DNA of 20,649 nt. Source: an uncultured virus (IMG/VR IMGVR_UViG_3300042559_001930). Lineage: Duplodnaviria > Heunggongvirae > Uroviricota > Caudoviricetes. A model generated the notes under the pieces. The model did not search any database. It saw nothing but the letters and a program-made list of their open reading frames with translations, and had not been told where the DNA came from. The stretch lies in IMG/VR virus record IMGVR_UViG_3300042559_001930; one strand, written 5' to 3'. Of this stretch, positions 1 to 7,349 are shown piece by piece. Positions within the stretch are counted from its first letter, which is position 1; the number at the start of each line of letters is the position of its first letter. The position numbers and the translations under genes are program-made.

Positions 1-208
1 CACCAAATTGTCCAGTCATTGGATTCAAGTTGACTGATCCAGTATCATCTTTGAATTCCATTGACCCACGATTAAATAATGAGCCAAATACATTGCCTAA
101 CTGCTGCACATCCGCAGGTGCAGACGGGTTATTAAACTGCGTTGACAACAACGTATCTTTTAACGCAGGGCCCCAAGCACCTGCTAAGCGTGTACCAAAG
201 TTAGGCAT
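1..208 (-). CDS. Hypothetical protein, 5' part only (runs off the window start)
   Basis: Manual minus-strand translation from the ATG at 208-206 gives MPNFGTRLAGAWGPALKDTLLSTQFNNPSAPADVQQLGNVFGSLFNRGSMEFKDDTGSVNLNPMTGQFG with no stop before position 1. Absent from the ORF track because it is truncated. Divergent from the gene at 359. Confidence 0.6.
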   Translation of the reverse strand, partial: MPNFGTRLAGAWGPALKDTLLSTQFNNPSAPADVQQLGNVFGSLFNRGSMEFKDDTGSVNLNPMTGQFG

Positions 209-358
209 CAATCTAAAGTTGTTTTTACAATAATAAGACAGGGGTATTGCCAGATAACTACTGGCCTACCCCCCACACCCCCACTAGAAGTACCAGAGGC
301 ACACTTTAATCTATAAGAGTTACCTCTGTACTGCACACCATTCACTCACTTACAAACC

Positions 359-808
359 ATGACTAAGCACTACTCCTTCACAGAGACAGACATCACCTTC
401 ATCCATGATGCTCTCTGCTCACTAGCAGAAGTACTCACTGCAGATGATGTGGTACACCAGCATAAAGACTTGGTTATTGCCAGGCTTGCTGAGGTAACTG
501 ACATCATTGATTCTCAGATCAATGCTCCGTTTAAACCTACATCATTCCTCAATGAATACTACAAGCTTGCTGAAGTTCTCGAAGAACTGAAAGCTATCTC
601 TCAACGTGAGAGCAAGCGTCACGAAGTGGATCAACATCTCACTCCCTCCATGCTTGCCATGGTGGATGATGAAATTATCCCCATGCTTGAGAACGAGATG
701 GACTACGACCCATCAGATGAAGACCTTGGCTATGGCGGTGAGCCGCCTATGACAGCAGACGAAATGCACACAGCTGCATGGCGTCAGCACCAGGAGCTTC
801 ACAGCTAA
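359..808 (+). CDS. Hypothetical phage protein (149 aa, acidic C-terminus)
   Basis: ATG ORF preceded by an A/C-rich leader (cattcactcacttacaaacc); first gene of the + strand run. Confidence 0.75.
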   Translation: MTKHYSFTETDITFIHDALCSLAEVLTADDVVHQHKDLVIARLAEVTDIIDSQINAPFKPTSFLNEYYKLAEVLEELKAISQRESKRHEVDQHLTPSMLAMVDDEIIPMLENEMDYDPSDEDLGYGGEPPMTADEMHTAAWRQHQELHS

Positions 809-845
809 CAGCCCTACCGCAAGGTTAAGGAAACATTAAGACCAT

Positions 846-885
846 TGGTCATGGCTTGACTGCCCTGGTAGACTTGCCATGACCA
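846..885. repeat. 10-bp perfect inverted repeat (TGGTCATGGC / GCCATGACCA) with a 20-nt spacer
   Basis: Arms at 846-855 and 876-885, in the 809-913 intergenic region. Confidence 0.7.
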
Positions 886-913
886 CACTCAACTCACACT
901 ACGTACCAATCAA

Positions 914-1117
914 ATGTCTGACAGCTTGCGCATCCCAGACTCAATTGATCTTCAACGACTCCAAGCTATGCAGCTTGTAGCCAAGATGAAAGAATCAGCT
1001 GACAAACATGGTATTGGTTTCATCGGGGGCTTTGTTGCCCCCGATGGACAAAAGTTCATCATGACAAATATGGATGATGATGACACTCAAGCACTCCTAC
1101 CTGACAACCTGAAATGA
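914..1117 (+). CDS. Hypothetical protein (67 aa)
   Basis: ATG after an ACTCAACTCA leader; ATGA overlap with the next gene. Confidence 0.75.
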   Translation: MSDSLRIPDSIDLQRLQAMQLVAKMKESADKHGIGFIGGFVAPDGQKFIMTNMDDDDTQALLPDNLK

Positions 1118-1413
1118 ACACGACTCACAAATTGATGATCGACGGAATCATTGATACCTTCAACTTTGAAAAAGTTCATGTTGCCATGACAGTACTTGAC
1201 TGGCAATGGGCATCAAGAGAAGGTAGGGGTTATGCAGTACCAACAATTGCAGAACTCAAAGCAAAGGCCTATTACTTACTACAAGAATCCATTACAGAAA
1301 CATGTGTTTCATCTGGTGGATTTGAAGCTAAGTATCAGCCTGCAGACAATAGCGATTCGGAGTATTTCGAATTGAAATTCATTCTTTGCCACGAGGATTC
1401 CTACGATGACTGA
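1114..1413 (+). CDS. Hypothetical phage protein (99 aa)
   Basis: Overlaps its neighbours on both sides; the FNFEKVHVAMTVLDWQW segment resembles a common aquatic phage family. Confidence 0.75.
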   Translation: MNTTHKLMIDGIIDTFNFEKVHVAMTVLDWQWASREGRGYAVPTIAELKAKAYYLLQESITETCVSSGGFEAKYQPADNSDSEYFELKFILCHEDSYDD

Positions 1414-1603
1414 CAAGTCACCTATCAACTTTGACAAGACAATTGCTGGATTCAATGTCACTGAACATGGAATCAAATCGTTTACTAAGTCGATTAAACT
1501 TGGGCCATTCCGGGTAACACTTAACGCTAGAGAATCTGGTGTACGTGGATCTATCTCATTACCTGGCACAGGCTTGAGTAAACGCAACATCAAGTTGTTC
1601 TGA
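1406..1603 (+). CDS. DUF4236-like small basic protein
   Basis: KSIKLGPFRVTLN...GSISLPGTGLS resembles the DUF4236 pattern (KSIK...RLN...S.PGTGLSY). Confidence 0.6.
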   Translation: MTDKSPINFDKTIAGFNVTEHGIKSFTKSIKLGPFRVTLNARESGVRGSISLPGTGLSKRNIKLF

Positions 1604-1606
1604 TCC

Positions 1607-1636
1607 AAGGACCTGGGATGTCCTTAAACTCATCCA
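1607..1636 (+). ncRNA. Putative cis-regulatory pseudoknot element, copy A (GGAC subtype)
   Basis: AAGGAC-C-TGGGA-T-GTCCTT-AAAC-TC(AT)CCA. P1 is 1607-1612/1620-1625; the loop pairs with 1630-1636 around a 2-nt bulge. Confidence 0.6.
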
Positions 1637-1656
1637 CTCCACCTCAACATAATCTC

Positions 1657-1848
1657 ATGAACAGCACTGAACTACACGCCATGATTGCCCGCATGGACAG
1701 CTATGGCGGATCATTCGTCTCATCTATTGCACAAGCATTGCGCTTTGCTGATCCAACGAATCGGCAGCGTTTGCTTGATGCATTCCCTGACCTCGTCCAA
1801 CAGTATGGACCTGAAGGCCGGTTTGCCAAAGCCAAGCAACTCACATAG
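1657..1848 (+). CDS. Hypothetical phage protein (GGSF...A...AD..N...L..AFP type)
   Basis: ORF 1618-1848; start moved to ATG 1657 because the ATG at 1618 lies inside the repeat element. Confidence 0.75.
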   Translation: MNSTELHAMIARMDSYGGSFVSSIAQALRFADPTNRQRLLDAFPDLVQQYGPEGRFAKAKQLT

Positions 1849-1857
1849 GTGTAACTC

Positions 1858-2106
1858 ATGATTGTTTTGTTAATCGAAGACACATTCATTGATGGCAACG
1901 ATGTCACAGTTACAGCAGTGGTTGACGACATGCGTCTCATCCATCGGTCAACTTACCTTGACCCTGAAGAATATGCTCCTGCGTTATGCAGGGCTAGCTT
2001 CGAACTGGATGAGGGAGAACAAATCCCTCTTGACGAAGATGGCTTCTGCAGTTATCTTACTCACCTCGAGCCTAACTGGGAACTACTTCCAGTAGACAAC
2101 GACTAA
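1858..2106 (+). CDS. Hypothetical acidic protein (82 aa)
   Basis: ATG ORF filling the gap between neighbours. Confidence 0.7.
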   Translation: MIVLLIEDTFIDGNDVTVTAVVDDMRLIHRSTYLDPEEYAPALCRASFELDEGEQIPLDEDGFCSYLTHLEPNWELLPVDND

Positions 2107-2110
2107 CCGT

Positions 2111-2139
2111 ACGTCCTGGACATGACGTTAAACTGTCCA
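2111..2139 (+). ncRNA. Putative cis-regulatory pseudoknot element, copy B (CGTC subtype)
   Basis: ACGTC-C-TGGACA-T-GACGT-TAAAC-TGTCCA; P1 5 bp, P2 6 bp, both perfect. Confidence 0.7.
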
Positions 2140-2161
2140 CTCACTACGAACTCACTACGAA
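2140..2161 (+). repeat. Tandem direct repeat CTCACTACGAA x2 in the leader of the PcfJ-domain gene
   Basis: 2140-2150 and 2151-2161 are identical. Confidence 0.85.
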
Positions 2162-2167
2162 CTTACC

Positions 2168-3913
2168 ATGGAATTCCGTCTTCCTTCTAACCTCCAATCA
2201 GAACTACTGGCTTACGATCCCAAGTTTAAACAACTGCACCAGGAACAGAACCCTAAGGTTACTAAGGCTAAGCCTAAGTTTCCACTTGGCGCTGTATTTG
2301 ATTTGATTCCTGCTGATGTCATCAGACCTGCAGCAGTAGAAGAAGCAGTAACTAGCATCAACTCCAGGGGTATAGAAAATCGTCACCATCGATTTACCAA
2401 GGTGGTAAATATTGCTACACCTACTGCACGTACTATCACACATGCTGTCATCTATCACTATGAGAAAGTGTGGTATGCAGCATGGCTACCACCTAAAGGA
2501 CACGAAGATGACTATGTGTATGGCTATGCTTACGCTTATAAGAATCTAGATTCAGTACGCAAGTCTTTGCTTCATATCTTGATTGAGAACAACAGCAAGC
2601 GTACTGTTGAATACGTTAAGTATGGACGGAGTGAATTCTGTGTTGTACGTCACAATGTAACCAAGCAAGACATTGCTAATGGCATGACTGCAAAGATGTG
2701 GAACCCAGGATATATTTCGTACGGCAAAGGCGTTTACATTAGAGACGCTGCTAATGCTTTTGAATCTACGCTGTCTGAAACAATACCTAAATGGCATGAT
2801 TCACGTGGCTTCTTTGATCGCATTGCTATCAACGACTGGGCCACCATCCTTCAGCTCAAAGGATATGCACGTTATTGGGATCAGTTTGATGATGCAGCAC
2901 AAGCCAAGCGTGATCTACTTCCTTCTGCTGATCTTATCTATAATCTTGCAGCTACTTACCCAAGTAATAACTCATTGCATGAGCATGATACTTATCTTGC
3001 AAGTCGCGTTATTCATATCATTGGCAAACCATACTTCCGCAAATGGATGCAATCACAATGTGATGAGGCCATTGCAATGTTCCAGGATCCAGATAATAAC
3101 TTGTTTTACAAGATAACTCAACCATGGAAACGTATTCACAAGCTAATCAAGTCTATTGATTACGTTAATAAGATTTGGCCTGACTGTCCCATTGATTTCT
3201 ATCAATCACACGTGCAAGAACTATTGGGCTTGCATCTTGACCGTAGGACAACAGACAAAGCAATTACCTGGTTGCGTGCCAACATGCAGCCATCTTCTTT
3301 CTTTAATATGATTGCATTGCATTATGCAAAGCAAGCAGAAGATGTAGCTCTTGCTCATCGGCATACCTGTTACATAGCTACCGAGACTGGAGTCAATACA
3401 TTCTTCATAAGTGAATGGCATGACACCTTGTCAATGCTTGGCGACGTACTAGACCATGGCATGCCTATGCCTACACCAAAGCGTTGGCGTCTCACTGAGT
3501 TCCATGATCATGTGCAAGCAGAAGCATGGAAGATCAAGCATCCAAACGTTAGCCTGCCCCAGGATCTATTCCCTGCTCCTGTCAAGGTAGAGGTGGGTGA
3601 TGAGCGTTGGTCATTCTTCCAGCCTCATGACACACATCAATTGTCAGCATGGGGCCAGGCTGTACGTAACTGCGTCGGCAATGCCAAGGACTATGCTAAT
3701 GGCGTACGCAAGAAGAAACATTTCATTGTGCTTTGTATGGTTGACAACAAGCCTCAGTTCACTGTTCAACTTAAGGTTGACATGGGTATGATGACAGTCA
3801 GCCAGATTGTTGGCATCTCTAACCAAAGGTTGACGGATGAGCAAAAGGATGCCTACACACAAGCCTTTAGCAAGGCGTTGCATTCCCGCAATGATGAGCT
3901 AGAGTCTGCGTAG
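2168..3913 (+). CDS. PcfJ domain-containing protein (581 aa)
   Basis: C-terminal region EFHDHV...QPHDTHQLSAWGQAVRNCVG..YANGVRKKKHFIV...TVQL...VSQIVGISN matches the PcfJ-like pattern (L..EG..M.HCVG.Y...V....I...Q..G..N). Confidence 0.75.
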   Translation: MEFRLPSNLQSELLAYDPKFKQLHQEQNPKVTKAKPKFPLGAVFDLIPADVIRPAAVEEAVTSINSRGIENRHHRFTKVVNIATPTARTITHAVIYHYEKVWYAAWLPPKGHEDDYVYGYAYAYKNLDSVRKSLLHILIENNSKRTVEYVKYGRSEFCVVRHNVTKQDIANGMTAKMWNPGYISYGKGVYIRDAANAFESTLSETIPKWHDSRGFFDRIAINDWATILQLKGYARYWDQFDDAAQAKRDLLPSADLIYNLAATYPSNNSLHEHDTYLASRVIHIIGKPYFRKWMQSQCDEAIAMFQDPDNNLFYKITQPWKRIHKLIKSIDYVNKIWPDCPIDFYQSHVQELLGLHLDRRTTDKAITWLRANMQPSSFFNMIALHYAKQAEDVALAHRHTCYIATETGVNTFFISEWHDTLSMLGDVLDHGMPMPTPKRWRLTEFHDHVQAEAWKIKHPNVSLPQDLFPAPVKVEVGDERWSFFQPHDTHQLSAWGQAVRNCVGNAKDYANGVRKKKHFIVLCMVDNKPQFTVQLKVDMGMMTVSQIVGISNQRLTDEQKDAYTQAFSKALHSRNDELESA

Positions 3914-3925
3914 CCCGCACAGGCT

Positions 3926-3957
3926 TGCCAGCCTTAGCCTCGATACTAGGGCTGGCA
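3926..3957 (+). other. Intergenic stem-loop (12-bp stem with one G-U); possible terminator or processing site
   Basis: TGCCAGCCTTAG-cctcgata-CTAGGGCTGGCA just after the PcfJ stop; no real U-tract follows. Confidence 0.5.
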
Positions 3958-3964
3958 TTCATCC

Positions 3965-4189
3965 ATGACTGAGTACACCGACGACCAACTGCTGGCACAA
4001 GCACTTGCCAATCTTGGTGAGTACATACATACTCATGGTACGCCTGACTATGTATTGATTGATGCAGACGATCCTCGTAACGAGGAAGACTATGACACAT
4101 GGAGTTATGGTACTGAGCCATTACCCCATGACCACACTTGGCAGCATACATCAATTGATGTATGCATAAGTCCAAGTGAGCCCGAGTAG
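3965..4189 (+). CDS. Hypothetical acidic protein (74 aa); last 10 nt overlap the tRNA
   Basis: ATG ORF with protein-like acidic composition. Confidence 0.6.
   Translation: MTEYTDDQLLAQALANLGEYIHTHGTPDYVLIDADDPRNEEDYDTWSYGTEPLPHDHTWQHTSIDVCISPSEPE
4144..4165. repeat. Perfect 22-bp palindrome GCATACATCAATTGATGTATGC
   Basis: Self-reverse-complementary; ends 14 nt upstream of the tRNA. Confidence 0.85.
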
Positions 4190-4255
4190 CCCAGCGGAAG
4201 AGGCAAGCGACTTAAAATCGCTCCAGCGTGAGTTCGAATCTCACCTCGGGTACCA
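4180..4255 (+). tRNA. trnL: tRNA-Leu(TAA) with encoded CCA and a short variable loop
   Basis: Acceptor GCCCGAG/CTCGGGT; D arm GCC...GG...GGC; anticodon arm AGCGA-CTTAAAA-TCGCT; variable loop CCAGC; T arm GTGAG-TTCGAAT-CTCAC; discriminator A then CCA. Confidence 0.93.
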
Positions 4256-4279
4256 AACTACACATTGCACATTTGAATT

Positions 4280-4492
4280 ATGTCAGCTCAAAACAATTAT
4301 CTTGACATCATTGCTGCTTGCATAGGAGATGTTTCAGACTCCATTGATGCAATTGATACAAAAGACATTGTACTTTCAATCAGTGAACTAGCCAATGTCT
4401 TGAAAGAGACTAATAAACTATTGAAAGAAGTAGCTGATAGCAATAAAGCTATTGCTATGAATGCTTATCAATATGTAGCAAACAAAGTTTGA
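4280..4492 (+). CDS. Hypothetical protein (70 aa, coiled-coil-like)
   Basis: AT-rich ATG ORF directly after the tRNA. Confidence 0.65.
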   Translation: MSAQNNYLDIIAACIGDVSDSIDAIDTKDIVLSISELANVLKETNKLLKEVADSNKAIAMNAYQYVANKV

Positions 4493-4555
4493 TTAAACTT
4501 GGGCATCCGCAAGGTATAAGTCCCAAGTATCACCCATCTACTCAACTCAAACACA

Positions 4556-4918
4556 ATGAACATCTTTGCCTGCTTCAAGCACATCATCCCTGAGTTCCAT
4601 GCATACTCAGATGCCGACCAGCGTTACAACATTGGTGCTACCTGGACAGCACAGGATGGTCTCCATGACTACCACAACTTAGAGATCAAGTACGTCCACA
4701 ACTCTGAGCGGCTTGCGCTCCAGGGCGATCCACAGCCTGATGGCAGCTGGCGGTACGTAGCTCCTGATGGTGGCATCCATGTCATGTCAGCAGAGCGTGC
4801 ACGTGCCTTCATGGAGCAGACCCATGCCCATGCCAACATCATGTGCGGCATGCTTGACCGTCTTAAGGAAAACGGAATGCTAGATCAGGTGGTAGACACG
4901 CAGGCCCAAGCAGCGTAG
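4556..4918 (+). CDS. Hypothetical protein (120 aa)
   Basis: ATG after an ACTCAACTCA leader; followed by a terminator-like hairpin. Confidence 0.8.
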   Translation: MNIFACFKHIIPEFHAYSDADQRYNIGATWTAQDGLHDYHNLEIKYVHNSERLALQGDPQPDGSWRYVAPDGGIHVMSAERARAFMEQTHAHANIMCGMLDRLKENGMLDQVVDTQAQAA

Positions 4919-4939
4919 AATTCATCCGGAAATATCTGG

Positions 4940-4968
4940 GACCCCTGCGCAAGCGGGGGTCTTTCTCT
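4940..4968 (+). terminator. Probable intrinsic terminator with a GCAA tetraloop
   Basis: GACCCCTGC-GCAA-GCGGGGGTC followed by TTTCTCT. Confidence 0.65.
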
Positions 4969-5310
4969 ATGAATCAACCCAGTCCAATTGATACTGATCT
5001 CATTGATCAAATTGTTGCACACATACCTGACTGGGCATGGGATCCTGTATGTCAAGTACTTGTGCCTGCAATTGTTGACAACATGACTGGTTTTGTTATT
5101 GAAAAACTAACTGGACAGTATGACAACTTTGATCGAGCAGAGGAAATTCTGTTTGATTATTACAAACCATTGGACAAGAAACATGCTTTAATTGTTGATT
5201 GTTTTAAATTGTTAAGCCCGCATGTAACTGTCGACATGCTTGATGCCCTTAACTTAGATCAACTTAAATCCAACGAAACAAATGAAATGCCATCAGTGTC
5301 AATCAACTAA
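4969..5310 (+). CDS. Hypothetical protein (113 aa)
   Basis: ATG ORF overlapping the next gene. Confidence 0.7.
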   Translation: MNQPSPIDTDLIDQIVAHIPDWAWDPVCQVLVPAIVDNMTGFVIEKLTGQYDNFDRAEEILFDYYKPLDKKHALIVDCFKLLSPHVTVDMLDALNLDQLKSNETNEMPSVSIN

Positions 5311-5620
5311 CACACGTGTCACGTGTACTGATCATCACGAGACATTAACCAAGCGCTACATCCGTTGCTTGGATTGCGGTTGTAAGTTTCGTACTATTGA
5401 AAAGTATGAAGTGTACAAGCGTGGTCCTAAGAAAAGCGGTAAGCTTCCTGATACACAAGGATCTAAGAATGGATTCTCAGTATTGACTGAGCAAAACATC
5501 TTGGATATCCGCAAGTTGAAACAAGATGGCAAAACTAATTTTGCTATCTCAGTTATCTACGGTATCAACCGTGGACACGTTTCAAAAATTGTCAATCGCA
5601 AAGTCTGGACTCACATCTGA
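5282..5620 (+). CDS. Zn-ribbon (NrdR N-terminal / Ogr-Delta-like) plus HTH putative transcription regulator
   Basis: MKCHQCQSTNTRV...RYIRCLDCGCKFRTIE (CxxC...CxxC) followed by GSKNGFSVLTEQNILDIR...ISVIYGINRGHVSKIVNRKVW, an HTH of the kind found at the C-terminus of phage HNH proteins. Confidence 0.7.
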   Translation: MKCHQCQSTNTRVTCTDHHETLTKRYIRCLDCGCKFRTIEKYEVYKRGPKKSGKLPDTQGSKNGFSVLTEQNILDIRKLKQDGKTNFAISVIYGINRGHVSKIVNRKVWTHI

Positions 5621-5916
5621 TGTCAAACAGAACCAATCGAATCTTTCAAGTTGGTGATCGTGTTGCCGAACGTCCCAAGACTCATGGCATGGTTGCAGTA
5701 CGTGCTGAAGCCAAGGAACAAGTAGCTAAGTATCGCAGTCAACGGTACGGAACAGTGGTTGACTTTACTTCCAAGAAGATTAAGTCTGGTGGTTACCAAA
5801 AGTTTCTTGTGATCCAATGGGATCATCTGCAAACACCATGCGAACATGCACGTGGTCGCATCTGTCACCTTGATGAGTTTCCGAAACTCATGCGTGAAAC
5901 AACTGTTGTTTACTGA
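5620..5916 (+). CDS. Hypothetical protein (98 aa; FQVGDRV...GTVV, SH3/KOW-like pattern)
   Basis: TGATG stop/start coupling with the previous gene. Confidence 0.7.
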   Translation: MSNRTNRIFQVGDRVAERPKTHGMVAVRAEAKEQVAKYRSQRYGTVVDFTSKKIKSGGYQKFLVIQWDHLQTPCEHARGRICHLDEFPKLMRETTVVY

Positions 5917-5921
5917 TTACC

Positions 5922-6269
5922 ATGACTGAACACCCGATTACACCGCCGCCTGAGCTGGTAAAGCAGTGGCGCTCTGAGCCCGAATACTCAGACGGTCACC
6001 ACAAGATCACAATGGTAACCATGTCGCAAGATCGCCTAATGGAGATTTGCGAAAAGTCCGCTTTACACGGCGCCGACCAGGAGCTGGAGGCGTGCTGCGT
6101 ATTGATGGACAAATGGGACCTCGGCGGCCCAGACCTGCGTGAATGCCGCCGCCCAAAACCTCCGAGTTTGAAGGAACAGGCACTAGAAACGCTGAAATAT
6201 CCAAAAGATTTTTGGAGTGAAGCTGAGGTGGACACCATTCGTTTAGCACTGGAGCAACTTGATGACTGA
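5922..6269 (+). CDS. Hypothetical phage protein (ITPPPELV.QW...GADQELEAC...RRPKPPSLKEQAL type)
   Basis: Pattern I associate with freshwater cyanophage-like genomes; ATG ORF. Confidence 0.75.
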   Translation: MTEHPITPPPELVKQWRSEPEYSDGHHKITMVTMSQDRLMEICEKSALHGADQELEACCVLMDKWDLGGPDLRECRRPKPPSLKEQALETLKYPKDFWSEAEVDTIRLALEQLDD

Positions 6270-6453
6270 TCTTTCCCCTGCTAGTCAAGCAATCCTTGAT
6301 GCTATTGCTGAATGGGAAGTAGAACCTGATTCGTATTCCCATCAAATTGTTATTGCTACTCTCTATGCATTAGCATCACGCATTAAAGGAGCCGACCATA
6401 TTCGGCAAGACATTTTAGACATTGCCAACGAACTGGAGAACATCAATGGTTAG
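6262..6453 (+). CDS. Hypothetical protein (MTDLSPASQAILDA type)
   Basis: Overlaps the previous stop; ATG at 6262. Confidence 0.7.
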   Translation: MTDLSPASQAILDAIAEWEVEPDSYSHQIVIATLYALASRIKGADHIRQDILDIANELENING

Positions 6454-6721
6454 CTATCTCACCAGGAAGATGACTGATAAAGACTTCTATCTTTCTCAGG
6501 CATCTAGGCCAAGACCAGCTACTGCCTTCAGTCAATACCGTGGTGTAAGCCGAGGTAACAAAGGTATGTACAGGGCAATGCTGACCTTCAAAGGGAAGCG
6601 CTACTACCTTGGTAATCATGTCAATGAGATTGATGCAGCACGTGCCTATAACAAAGCAGCGCTTGCAATCATTGGTGACTATGCTTTACTAAACGAAATT
6701 CCAAGTGATGACAATGTCTAA
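6446..6721 (+). CDS. AP2-domain DNA-binding protein (stand-alone)
   Basis: SQYRGVS...YRAMLTFKGKRYYLG...EIDAARAYNKAALAIIGDYALLN is a typical AP2 domain; start may be 6446 or 6470. Confidence 0.8.
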   Translation: MVSYLTRKMTDKDFYLSQASRPRPATAFSQYRGVSRGNKGMYRAMLTFKGKRYYLGNHVNEIDAARAYNKAALAIIGDYALLNEIPSDDNV

Positions 6722-7349
6722 TGCCAAGCTGGTTTGGGTAACTCCCAATGCAGAAGAAATGATTGTGAAGATGGCACGCGTAAGTGCGCCATCAAACCAA
6801 GGCAACATGGATACAGCGCCACGCCTGTTGAAGTACTTGATTAATCACAAGCATCATTCACCATTTGAGATGGCCAATCTTTGTGTTGAAATCGAAACAA
6901 CTCGTGGTATTTCAGCGCAGATCCTGAGGCACCGTTCATTCTCGTTCCAAGAATTCAGTCAGCGTTATGCAGACGTAGGTGAACTAGGCTCATCTGTTAT
7001 CCCACATCTGCGCAGGCAAGACCTCAAGAATCGTCAGAACAGTATTGACGATCTGTCTCCTGATGTAATTGCTGGGTACTACCGACGCATTGGCCATCTG
7101 TTTGAAGATGCAGAACATCTGTACCGCGAGATGGTTAGCAGTGGTGTTGCCAAGGAATGTGCACGTGCTGTACTTCCTATTGCAACCAAGACAAAGATGT
7201 ATATGAACGGAACGCTCCGTTCATGGATCCACTATCTGCAACTGCGTTGTGATGTAAGTACTCAGCTTGAGCATCGGCAAATTGCAGAAGAGATTAAAGA
7301 GATTTTCTGCGAACAATTCCCCATCATTGGCGAGGCTGTATTCGAATGA
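6714..7349 (+). CDS. thyX: FAD-dependent thymidylate synthase
   Basis: H.SPFE, QILRHRSFSFQEFSQRY (RHRx7S motif), G.AKECAR.VLP, LRSWIHYLQLR, Q.EHR; alternative starts at 6705 and 6708. Confidence 0.96.
   Translation: MSNAKLVWVTPNAEEMIVKMARVSAPSNQGNMDTAPRLLKYLINHKHHSPFEMANLCVEIETTRGISAQILRHRSFSFQEFSQRYADVGELGSSVIPHLRRQDLKNRQNSIDDLSPDVIAGYYRRIGHLFEDAEHLYREMVSSGVAKECARAVLPIATKTKMYMNGTLRSWIHYLQLRCDVSTQLEHRQIAEEIKEIFCEQFPIIGEAVFE

Noticed and set aside
113..141. CGCAG...TTAAACTGCG resembling an extra pseudoknot copy
   Set aside because: No P1 stem at the right spacing, and it lies within a coding region
30..233. + strand 67-aa ORF
   Set aside because: TTG start, and antisense to a more protein-like minus-strand ORF starting at 208
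1618..1656. N-terminal extension MSLNSSTPPQHNL, and the similar MSLNSF in ORF 9158
   Set aside because: The shared MSLNS peptide is a by-product of the repeated element (ATGTCCYTAAACTCA), not protein homology
4180..4255. tRNA as a prophage attachment site
   Set aside because: Phage-type genes lie on both sides; no integrase or duplicated tRNA 3' end is seen in the window
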